Source: Actinomycetota bacterium (GTDB lineage Bacteria > Actinomycetota > Thermoleophilia > BMS3ABIN01). Taken from it: a stretch of 24,000 nt of DNA. The first letter of the stretch is position 1. Every line of letters begins with the position of its first letter. The notes under the pieces are model-generated. The model was not told where the DNA came from. It saw nothing but the letters and a program-made list of their open reading frames with translations, and ran no database searches. The stretch is from NCBI GenBank assembly GCA_016235065.1, contig JACRMB010000005.1, forward strand, positions 246,733 through 270,732, given 5' to 3'. The position numbers and the translations under genes are program-made. Shown here piece after piece: positions 8,449-15,387 of the stretch.

Positions 8449-8538
8449 GAGAGCGTCTCGCGTGGCCGCGGACTGGCGATGGCTGATGACTGCGATTCTG
8501 GTTACCAGGACGATCCCCCTGAAAAGCTTTTTCCGCTG

Positions 8539-9345
8539 TTACCGCTCCGCCAGATTGTCGATCAGTGCGGCGATCACGCTGTCCGCATCCCCTGGTGGCA
8601 GAGCTTCCGGCCGGTCCCTGTCATCAGCCAGATGAATCAGGAATTCGACATTCCCCTTCGGTCCACGTATGCCCGATTCTGCCAGGCCCCGAACCGTGAG
8701 CCCCAGTGATTCGGCGTACTCCCAGAAATCGGTGAGCACCCGCCGATGCGTCTCCGGATCACGGACTACACCACCGCTACCCACCTTGCCCTTGCCCGCT
8801 TCGAACTGCGGTTTAATCAACGCCACCAGCTCGAATCCGGGCTTGAGGCATTTTATCACAGGCGGCAAGACTTTCTTAAGAGAGATGAAAGAGAGATCGA
8901 AAGTGGCAAAACCCGGCGCCTCTGACAAAAGCCCGGGCTCGATACCACGGATATTCGTCCGTTCGTGGACCTCGACCCGGGGATCGTTCCGGAGCTTCCA
9001 GTCCAGCTGGCCGTAGCCGACGTCGACTGCTATGACCTTGCGGGCTCCATGCTGGAGCAGACAGTCGGTGAAGCCGCCAGCGGAAGCGCCGGCGTCGATG
9101 ACGGCGGCTCCAGTCACATTCAGGTCGAACTGCTCAAAGGCCGTCTCCAGCTTGAGACCACCACGGGAGACGAAACGGGGTTCCTCCTTCAGGCTTATCT
9201 CAACATCGGGGGCCACCATCGCGCCAGCCTTGGAGACTGGCTGCCCGTTGACGCTCACCTCGCCAGCCAGCACCGCCGCGGCTGCCTGCGACCGGGAAGA
9301 AAAAAAACCCCGCTGGACGAGGACCGTGTCGAGGCGGGTCTTCAA
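8539..9345 (-). CDS. tlyA: TlyA-family rRNA (cytidine-2'-O)-methyltransferase (S4 plus FtsJ domains)
   Basis: MKTRLDTVLVQRGFFSSRSQAAAAVLAGEVSVNG (S4-like) followed by DAGASAGGFTDCLLQHGARKVIAVDVGYGQL (SAM-binding). TTG start at 9343-9345. Confidence 0.9.
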   Translation of the reverse strand: MKTRLDTVLVQRGFFSSRSQAAAAVLAGEVSVNGQPVSKAGAMVAPDVEISLKEEPRFVSRGGLKLETAFEQFDLNVTGAAVIDAGASAGGFTDCLLQHGARKVIAVDVGYGQLDWKLRNDPRVEVHERTNIRGIEPGLLSEAPGFATFDLSFISLKKVLPPVIKCLKPGFELVALIKPQFEAGKGKVGSGGVVRDPETHRRVLTDFWEYAESLGLTVRGLAESGIRGPKGNVEFLIHLADDRDRPEALPPGDADSVIAALIDNLAER

Positions 9346-9349
9346 ACAG

Positions 9350-9428
9350 CCCTCACCCTGGGGACCCTGGGGGACACCCTCACCCTGGGGGACACATTAC
9401 TTAATTGGTAGATAAGTGCACACATTAA
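9350..9428. repeat. Left REP-like repeat cluster downstream of the transposase gene
   Basis: The full copy cctgggggacacattacttaattggtagata (9384-9414) is the exact reverse complement of 10255-10285. Outer partial copies are ccctcaccctgggg (9350-9363, 9377-9390) and ccctgggggaca (9365-9376). An inner degenerate half-copy is acacatta (9420-9427). Confidence 0.85.
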
Positions 9429-9461
9429 GAATCTCCACCTGTCATCATCGTAAAAAACTCC

Positions 9462-10151
9462 TCACCACGGCCGCGACGCCGTAACGCCCTGTGGTCCAGG
9501 CTTACCCTTCCGGAGCATCCTTCCCGTTTCCTGCTCCAGTTGCTGGATAAAACTATCTCCGCCCAGCGGCCTGCCCGTACGCTCATGCTTTCTAAGGATA
9601 CCGGCCAGCTCTAAAGGTATATCATTTTCCGCTTCCGCATCGAGAAATCTCGACCAATCACCAGCGACAATCAATGGCAACGATGGCCTGGCAACCAGCC
9701 TGTCTGCCCTGTTTTGTATATTTGCAGCCGCGCTGCTCCAGGGATATTCCTCAGGACGCCCGACCAGACCGGCCCGGACAGGATTCAGTTCGATATAACG
9801 GGCGGCCTGAAGGAGATGACTGTCGTCCATTGGAAATGAGAAGAATCGGCCCTGCCAGAGATAGCCCTGCCAGCTATTACGCCGGTTGATCCTCAGGGAA
9901 TACCTTCTGTGGGTCTCTCTGAATACAACACTGAAACCGGAGGTAGTTTCCGGAACCGCTACAAAGTGCACATGATTCGGCATCAGGCAATAAGCCCATA
10001 TCTCTACAGCGGAACGATCACACCATTCCGCCATGATCTCAATATATGCCCGATAGTCATCATCATTGAAGAATGTCCGCTGTCGACGATTTCCGCGTTG
10101 CGTAACATGATGAGGAACTCCGGGCGCAACTACCCGCGCTATTCTTGGCAT
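9462..10151 (-). CDS. Y1 HUH transposase of the IS200-like / REP-associated tyrosine transposase (RAYT) type
   Basis: HUH motif in LMPNHVHFV and the catalytic Tyr context ARYIELNPVRAGLV. The C-terminal HERTGRPLGGDSFIQQLEQETGR tail is common in this family. The gene is visibly less GC-rich than its neighbours, with AAT/GAT/TAT/ATA codons frequent. Confidence 0.85.
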   Translation of the reverse strand: MPRIARVVAPGVPHHVTQRGNRRQRTFFNDDDYRAYIEIMAEWCDRSAVEIWAYCLMPNHVHFVAVPETTSGFSVVFRETHRRYSLRINRRNSWQGYLWQGRFFSFPMDDSHLLQAARYIELNPVRAGLVGRPEEYPWSSAAANIQNRADRLVARPSLPLIVAGDWSRFLDAEAENDIPLELAGILRKHERTGRPLGGDSFIQQLEQETGRMLRKGKPGPQGVTASRPW

Positions 10152-10159
10152 GAATAAAG

Positions 10160-10188
10160 CTTATACTCATCGAAATAAAACAAGTCAA
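10160..10188 (-). promoter_or_regulatory. Putative sigma70-type promoter giving a leaderless or near-leaderless transposase mRNA
   Basis: On the minus strand: TTGACT (10188-10183), 17-nt spacer, TATAAG (10165-10160), then 8 nt to ATG 10151. No Shine-Dalgarno sequence precedes the ATG. Confidence 0.35.
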
Positions 10189-10239
10189 GAAGGAACTTGT
10201 CTGATGTCCCAATTTCCGCAATTTTTGTCAAAGGGATCG

Positions 10240-10332
10240 AGTAATGTGTCCCTTTATCTACCAATTAAGTAATGTGTCCCCCAGGTTCTACCCCCCAGGT
10301 TCACCCAATTAAGTAATGTGTCCCCCAGGTTC
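10240..10332. repeat. Right REP-like repeat cluster upstream of the transposase gene, overlapping the dxs 3' end
   Basis: ccaattaagtaatgtgtcccccaggttc occurs twice as a direct repeat (10261-10288 and 10305-10332). There is a partial ccccaggttc at 10293-10302 and an inner half-copy gtaatgtgtccc at 10241-10252. All are inverted relative to the left cluster. Confidence 0.85.
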
Positions 10333-12321
10333 GCCGGAGACTTTGCGGTGGTCTGTTGTGATTATCTTTTTTGAAAGCAGCTTCTCTGAGACGTAACCGG
10401 CGACCGCTTCCGGGGTCAGGCCGATGTCGCGCAGCAGTTTGCCGCGGTTTCCATGCGGGATAAAGCTGTCGGGGATGGCGAAGCTCTTTACCGGCACCGA
10501 AGCGTCTTCGGCGAAGAGTTCGCGCACAGCGGCGCCGAAACCGCCCATCGCCGTGCCTTCCTCCACAGTCACAACCAGCTGGTGTTCCGCCGCCAGGCTA
10601 CGGATAAGCTCTTTATCCAGCGGTTTCATGAAGCGGGCGTTGACGACGGTCGGCCGCAGTCCGTGCTCTTCCACCAGCATCCGGGCAGCCCTGCTGCAGA
10701 TAGCTACGCCGGTGCCGATTCCGAGCAACAGCGCCCCCTCGCCGCTATCCAGGACCTCCGCCTTACCAACGGGCAACGCCTCGAAGACCTCAGGCAGAGT
10801 CACGCCCCGTCCCGCTGCGCGCGGGTAGCGGATCGCCGCGGGCGAACCCAGCGTCAGCGCCGTGAAGACCATATTCTGCAGCTCCGCTTCGTCACGGGGA
10901 GCCATGACCGTCATCCCTGGGATCAGGTTCAGATAACCGAGATCGAAGGCGCCGTGATGGGTCGGGCCGTCGTCGCCGACCAGCCCGGCACGATCGAGGG
11001 CGAAGACCACCGGCAGCTCCTGGAGAGCCACGTCCTGCACCAGCATGTCAAAAGCACGCTGCAGGAAGGTCGAATAGATGGCCACCACCGGCTTGAAGCC
11101 GCCGATGGCGAGGCCGGCGGCAAAAGTCACCGCGTGCTCCTCGGCGATGCCTACGTCGAAGAACCGGTCAGGAAACTTCATCTCAAAATGGTACAGGCCG
11201 GTACCGCTGGACATGGCCGCAGTGATAGCGACGATCTTCTCGTCATCTTCCGCCATCCGCGCGAGCCCCTGGCCGAAAGCCTCCGTGTAGGTGATCGGGC
11301 CCGGCTTCTTGATAGCCTTGCCAGTCGAGATCGAGAACGGGGCGATACCATGGAAAGTATCCGGACGCGCCTCGGCGGGTTCGTAACCCTTGCCCTTGAC
11401 CGTGCTGATATGGATCAGCACCGGCCGCTCGATCTCCATTGCGGCCCTGATGCTCTTCCTCAGCGCCTTGACGTCGTGGCCGTCGATGATACCGATATAG
11501 GCGAAGCCCATCTCCTCGAAAAGCATCCCCGGCACCATGAACGCCTTCATACTCTCCTTGATGGAACGGGACGCGCCGCGCAGGCCCGGGATCTTCTCGA
11601 TGATGCCGTGCTCGAACTCCTCGCGCAGTTTGTAGAGGGTCGGATCCAGGCGCAGCCGGTGCAGATACTGGGATATGGCGCCGACGTTGGACTTGATCGA
11701 CATCTCGTTGTCGTTGAGGATGACGATCAGCGGCGTCTTCAGATGCCCGGCCTGGTTCAGGGCTTCGTAAGCGATTCCGCCGGTGAGGGCGCCGTCGCCG
11801 ATCACGCAGGCCACATGGCCCGGATGCCGTTCGGAGTCCGAAGCGGCCTCATCCCCCCACTGCCTGCCTTCGACATCCTCAGCTATCGTCGCGTCGATCC
11901 CCGCGAGCTCCTTCTGGGCAGTCGCCAGCCTGATCGCCTCCTGGATCCCGACCCCATAACTGATGGAAGTCGAGCTGTGCCCGGTGCCGACGATGTCGTG
12001 GTCAGATTCGCATTTATTGGGAAAGCCTGAGAGGCCGCCATACTGGCGGATGGTATGGAAATCCTCGGCGCGTCCCGTGATTATCTTGTGGGTGTAGCAC
12101 TGGTGGCCGACGTCCCAGATTATCTTGTCGGAGGGGCTGTCCAGAACGCTATGCAAAGCCAGGGTCAGTTCGACGACGCCGAGGCTCGGCGCCAGGTGGC
12201 CGCCGACCTTGGAGACGGCGCCGATCATGAATTCGCGGATCTCGTCAGCAAGTTCCTGCAGCTGGCTGTCACTGAGCTGCTTGAGGTCAGACGGCGAATG
12301 GATTTTTTCTAGCAGAGACAA
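10309..12321 (-). CDS. dxs: 1-deoxy-D-xylulose-5-phosphate synthase
   Basis: MSLLEKIHSPSDLKQL..., GHLAPSLGVVELTLALH, WDVGHQCYTHKIITGR, and the GDGALTGG...NDN ThDP motif. TTG start at 12319-12321. The last 7 codons and the TAA stop lie inside a REP-like copy. Confidence 0.96.
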   Translation of the reverse strand: MSLLEKIHSPSDLKQLSDSQLQELADEIREFMIGAVSKVGGHLAPSLGVVELTLALHSVLDSPSDKIIWDVGHQCYTHKIITGRAEDFHTIRQYGGLSGFPNKCESDHDIVGTGHSSTSISYGVGIQEAIRLATAQKELAGIDATIAEDVEGRQWGDEAASDSERHPGHVACVIGDGALTGGIAYEALNQAGHLKTPLIVILNDNEMSIKSNVGAISQYLHRLRLDPTLYKLREEFEHGIIEKIPGLRGASRSIKESMKAFMVPGMLFEEMGFAYIGIIDGHDVKALRKSIRAAMEIERPVLIHISTVKGKGYEPAEARPDTFHGIAPFSISTGKAIKKPGPITYTEAFGQGLARMAEDDEKIVAITAAMSSGTGLYHFEMKFPDRFFDVGIAEEHAVTFAAGLAIGGFKPVVAIYSTFLQRAFDMLVQDVALQELPVVFALDRAGLVGDDGPTHHGAFDLGYLNLIPGMTVMAPRDEAELQNMVFTALTLGSPAAIRYPRAAGRGVTLPEVFEALPVGKAEVLDSGEGALLLGIGTGVAICSRAARMLVEEHGLRPTVVNARFMKPLDKELIRSLAAEHQLVVTVEEGTAMGGFGAAVRELFAEDASVPVKSFAIPDSFIPHGNRGKLLRDIGLTPEAVAGYVSEKLLSKKIITTDHRKVSGEPGGHIT

Positions 12322-12324
12322 ATC

Positions 12325-13203
12325 TTACTTCTGTCGTTCGTAGATGTAGTTGGTGATTCCGGCAAGAGCTTCGGTGCTCCCTCCCACCCGGTCGAGAGCC
12401 TTGAGGGCTTCGTCCCGGGAACGGTGTGCCAGGCGCTCCGCCTCGTCCAGGCCGTAGACACTCACATAAGTGTGCCGCTCAAGCCTGGCGTCGGTGCCCG
12501 CCTGCTTGCCAAGGACAGCGGTCTCACCGACAACATCCAGAATATCGTCTTTTATCTGGAACAGCAATCCAAGCTCTGAGGCGAAGACCCGCAGGTTTTC
12601 CAGCTCATCGACAGGCGCTCCGGCCAGCAACCCCCCGCAATGCACACAGGCCATGATCAGCCTGCCGGTCTTGAGGGAATGGAGCAGCTTCAAGGCAGCA
12701 GGATCCTCGTCGGGTATGCCGGACACATCGAGATACTGGCCGCCGACCATGCCTTTCAACCCGGTGGCGAGAGCGATCTCGCGGATGACGGCCAAGAGTA
12801 CGGCAGGCTCTCCCTCCTGCTTCTCGCAGATCAGACGGAAAGCCTCGGCGAACAGGGCGTCACCGGCCAGGATGGCGACGTTCTCACCGAATTTGACGTG
12901 GCAGGTGGGCAGTCCGCGCCTCAGATCATCGTCATCGAAAGACGGCAGGTCATCATGGATCAGGGAATATGTGTGGATCATCTCCAGCGCCGCAGCGGTC
13001 GGCAGCATCTTTTTGGGCTGGCGCCCGAACGCCTGGACGGTCGCCATCAGCAGGACCGGCCTGATTCGCTTGCCACCGGCAAGCAGCGAGTACTGCATAG
13101 CCTCAGCCAGCGCCGTTACCGAAGTCTCTTCCCCGTAGTCAAGTTCCCTCAGGAACCCATCCAGCAGGAGAGTCAGGTCGTCGGGATAGCTCGGGCTGGT
13201 CAC
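12325..13203 (-). CDS. ispA: Polyprenyl (farnesyl/geranylgeranyl) diphosphate synthase
   Basis: First Asp-rich motif LIHDDLPSFDDDDLRRG and second motif FQIKDDILD. I prefer GTG 13203, 4 nt after the xseB stop, giving ~293 aa. The 346-aa ORF maximum (to 13365) would overlap xseB by 158 nt. Confidence 0.88.
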   Translation of the reverse strand: MTSPSYPDDLTLLLDGFLRELDYGEETSVTALAEAMQYSLLAGGKRIRPVLLMATVQAFGRQPKKMLPTAAALEMIHTYSLIHDDLPSFDDDDLRRGLPTCHVKFGENVAILAGDALFAEAFRLICEKQEGEPAVLLAVIREIALATGLKGMVGGQYLDVSGIPDEDPAALKLLHSLKTGRLIMACVHCGGLLAGAPVDELENLRVFASELGLLFQIKDDILDVVGETAVLGKQAGTDARLERHTYVSVYGLDEAERLAHRSRDEALKALDRVGGSTEALAGITNYIYERQK

Positions 13204-13207
13204 TTGC

Positions 13208-13561
13208 TCAAAGCCCCGGGATCCGGTCCTGTTCCTGTTCCTCTTCGTCGCCGGACGAACCGTAGACGACATCCTGCACAACCCGGTCCAGCTTCTGGCT
13301 GCTCTCCATGGCAAGATCATTGGCCTCGGAAAGCAAGCGCACCGATTCTTCCCAGTCTGAATCACCTGACTGCAGGTTCCGGACGATCGCCTCCATGCGC
13401 TCGATCGACTGGTTGAGGCTGTCGAGAGTCGATGAGAGGGCGCTTGTCAGGCCGCTGTTGTCAGATGGGGAACCGGTAGGTCCAGGAGTGTTAGAGGATT
13501 CATCGGGTTCCGTGACCGGAACATTCTCCGATGCCTGAGCCATCTCGCTTTCTTCGTTCAT
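13208..13561 (-). CDS. xseB: Exodeoxyribonuclease VII small subunit with an acidic/Ser-rich N-terminal extension
   Basis: The core LNQSIERMEAIVRNLQSGDSDWEESVRLLSEANDLAMESSQKLDRVVQDV matches the XseB pattern (LE.IV..LESGD..LEES...). It occupies the conserved position just upstream of ispA. GAGG lies 6 nt upstream of the ATG. Confidence 0.75.
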   Translation of the reverse strand: MNEESEMAQASENVPVTEPDESSNTPGPTGSPSDNSGLTSALSSTLDSLNQSIERMEAIVRNLQSGDSDWEESVRLLSEANDLAMESSQKLDRVVQDVVYGSSGDEEEQEQDRIPGL

Positions 13562-13611
13562 GGATTACCTCGCTTCCTTGCTGGTGGAAGTAATATCCGT
13601 AGCCCTGCCGT

Positions 13612-14025
13612 TCATTTCTTCGATTCGCCGGCTACGTTACTGAGTATGCCATTCACCAGGGATCCGGCTTCATTGGAACAGAACCGCCTGGCGAGCTCGA
13701 CCGCTTCGTCGATGCTCACTTCGGCGGGGATGTCGTCGCGCTTCCGGATCTCGTAGATGGCCAGGCGGAGGATATTCCGCTCCAGCGCCGCCATCCGGCT
13801 CGCCGACCAGTTCTCGGCGCTGGCGTCGATCATCGCGTCGATCTCTTCCTGCGAGGCCAGTACACCTTCCACGACCTCACGGGTATACGGTTCCAGCTCC
13901 CGCTCTTCCTTGCCTTCCAGGTTCTCGTATAGATCTTCTAGTCCGCCACCGGTCAGATCGCGCTGATAAAGCAGCACCATGGCGTCGCGGCGGGCCTGGC
14001 GGCGTGATGTTGAAGGCAGATTCAT
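13612..14025 (-). CDS. nusB: Transcription antitermination factor NusB
   Basis: RRQARRDAMVLLYQ..., ERNILRLAIYEI and IDEAVELARRFCSNEAGSLVNGIL. Size is ~137 aa, and it sits downstream of accC as in Firmicutes. Confidence 0.9.
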   Translation of the reverse strand: MNLPSTSRRQARRDAMVLLYQRDLTGGGLEDLYENLEGKEERELEPYTREVVEGVLASQEEIDAMIDASAENWSASRMAALERNILRLAIYEIRKRDDIPAEVSIDEAVELARRFCSNEAGSLVNGILSNVAGESKK

Positions 14026-14034
14026 GGGATTAGC

Positions 14035-15384
14035 CTAGATCTCCAGCAGTTCCAGGTTCTCTTCTATAAACGCAGTGGTGTATTCCCCATCCCGGAAAGC
14101 GGGAGCTTCAAGGATACGAGCGCAGAGGTCCTTGTTGGTCACCAGGCCCTCGATCACATACTCGTCGAGAGCCCTCAGCGCCCGGCGGATAGCCGAGGGC
14201 CGGTCCAGATCCCAGACGATCAGCTTCGCCAGCAGCGAATCGTAGAAGACCGGGATCGTGTAACCCTCGTAAAGATGCGAGTCTACGCGGATCCCTGGTC
14301 CTCCCGGAGTCACATAGCGGCTGATGGTGCCGGTGTTTGGACGGAAATCGTTTGACGGATCCTCGGCGTTGATCCGGAGCTCGATAGCGTGGCCGCGGGT
14401 CTGCAAAGCGCCGGTCATGGTCAGCAGCTCGCCCCGGGCGATGCGTATCTGCTCGCGGACGATATCGACGCCGGTGACCATCTCGGAAACGGGATGCTCC
14501 ACCTGCACGCGGGTGTTCATCTCCATGAAATAAAAGTTCTTGTCGTTGTCCACCAGGAACTCCAGGGTTCCGGCATTGACATAGCCGCAGGCGCGGCAGG
14601 CTGCCATCGCCGCCTCGCACATCTTCTGGCGGGTCTCGGGGTCGAGCAGCGGCGAAGGTGATTCCTCCACAAGCTTCTGGTGCCGGCGCTGCACTGAGCA
14701 GTCGCGCTCGCCCAGGGTCAGCACCGAGCCGGCGCGGTCAGCCAGCACCTGCACTTCCACATGATGGGGGCCGACGATGGCTTTTTCCAGATACATGGTG
14801 CCGTCGCCGAAAGCGGTCTCGGCCTCGCTTGAAGCCATGTTGAAAAGGCTTTCGATCTCATCGGGGGATTGGACCAGCCGCATGCCGCGTCCGCCGCCGC
14901 CTGCAGCCGCCTTGACCATAACCGGATATCCAAACTCATCGGCCAGCTTCGCAGCTTCGGCCGCGTCCGCAACCGCTCCCTCTGAACCGGGAACCACCGG
15001 GATACGCGCCTGCTTCATCGTCTGCTTGGCCAGAGACTTGTCCCCCATGCGGCGCATCAGGTCGGCGCCGGGGCCGATGAAGACCATGTCGTTATCCTCG
15101 CAGGCGAGGACAAAATCGGGATTCTCGGCCAGAAAACCGTAGCCGGGGTGGATGGCGTCACAGCCGGTGATCTCGGCGGCGCCGATGATATGGGGGATCT
15201 TCAGATAACTGTCGATCACCGGGCCAGGACCGATACAGATGCTCTCGTCGGCCTCGATCACATGCATCGAGTCCACATCGGCCTCGGAATACACCGCTAC
15301 CGAGGGGATGTCCAGCTCCTTGCAGGCCCGGATGACCCGCAACGCCACTTCTCCGCGATTGGCTATCAGTATCTTGGAGAGCAT
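14035..15384 (-). CDS. accC: Biotin carboxylase (AccC/PycA type, ATP-grasp)
   Basis: MLSKILIANRGEVALRVIRACKELDI..., GYGFLAEN, GGGGRGMR, and EMNTRVQVEHPVSE. 449 aa. The start is 3 nt after the upstream stop. Confidence 0.93.
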   Translation of the reverse strand: MLSKILIANRGEVALRVIRACKELDIPSVAVYSEADVDSMHVIEADESICIGPGPVIDSYLKIPHIIGAAEITGCDAIHPGYGFLAENPDFVLACEDNDMVFIGPGADLMRRMGDKSLAKQTMKQARIPVVPGSEGAVADAAEAAKLADEFGYPVMVKAAAGGGGRGMRLVQSPDEIESLFNMASSEAETAFGDGTMYLEKAIVGPHHVEVQVLADRAGSVLTLGERDCSVQRRHQKLVEESPSPLLDPETRQKMCEAAMAACRACGYVNAGTLEFLVDNDKNFYFMEMNTRVQVEHPVSEMVTGVDIVREQIRIARGELLTMTGALQTRGHAIELRINAEDPSNDFRPNTGTISRYVTPGGPGIRVDSHLYEGYTIPVFYDSLLAKLIVWDLDRPSAIRRALRALDEYVIEGLVTNKDLCARILEAPAFRDGEYTTAFIEENLELLEI

Positions 15385-15387
15385 GGG

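Larger units (their letters stand above)
9350..10332 (-). mobile_element. REPtron-like unit: RAYT-type transposase gene bracketed by inverted REP-like repeats, lying between dxs and tlyA
   Basis: 31-bp perfect inverted repeat (9384-9414 vs 10255-10285), additional copies on both sides, an AT-rich internal spacer (10152-10240), and a position that interrupts an otherwise tightly packed conserved operon. Confidence 0.7.

Noticed and set aside
10261-10332. Two perfect 28-nt direct repeats with a 44-nt period looked like a miniature CRISPR array.
   Set aside because: There are only two full copies. The 16-nt spacer is itself partly repeat-derived (ccccaggttc). An inverted copy lies on the other side of a Y1 transposase, and no cas genes are present. 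REP-like repeats explain it better.
9350-10332. Interpretation as a classical insertion sequence with terminal inverted repeats and target-site duplication.
   Set aside because: The encoded enzyme is an HUH/Y1 transposase, a class that does not use terminal inverted repeats. The repeats are multi-copy and unequal on the two sides, and I could not identify a flanking direct target duplication.
11800-11910. Acidic insertion in Dxs (..AQKELAGIDATIAEDVEGRQWGDEAASDSERHPGH..).
   Set aside because: It corresponds to the known variable, disordered linker within domain I of Dxs enzymes, so it is not evidence of anything unusual.
10453-12030. 525-aa ORF on the + strand, antisense to dxs. Similar long antisense ORFs occur at 18140-19105, 5269-6099, 5913-6770, 12640-13416 and 20041-20676.
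   Set aside because: They lie entirely opposite genes with unambiguous family motifs. Their translations are Arg/Ala/Gly/Pro-rich with no recognisable motifs. Long stop-free antisense frames are expected in high-GC DNA.
13204-13365. The 346-aa version of the ispA ORF, overlapping xseB by 158 nt.
   Set aside because: The extra N-terminal 54 residues (MIQTGKNRCACFPRPMILPWRAARSW..) are Arg/Cys-rich with no homology signal. A GTG 4 nt after the xseB stop gives a normal-length (~293 aa) polyprenyl synthase.
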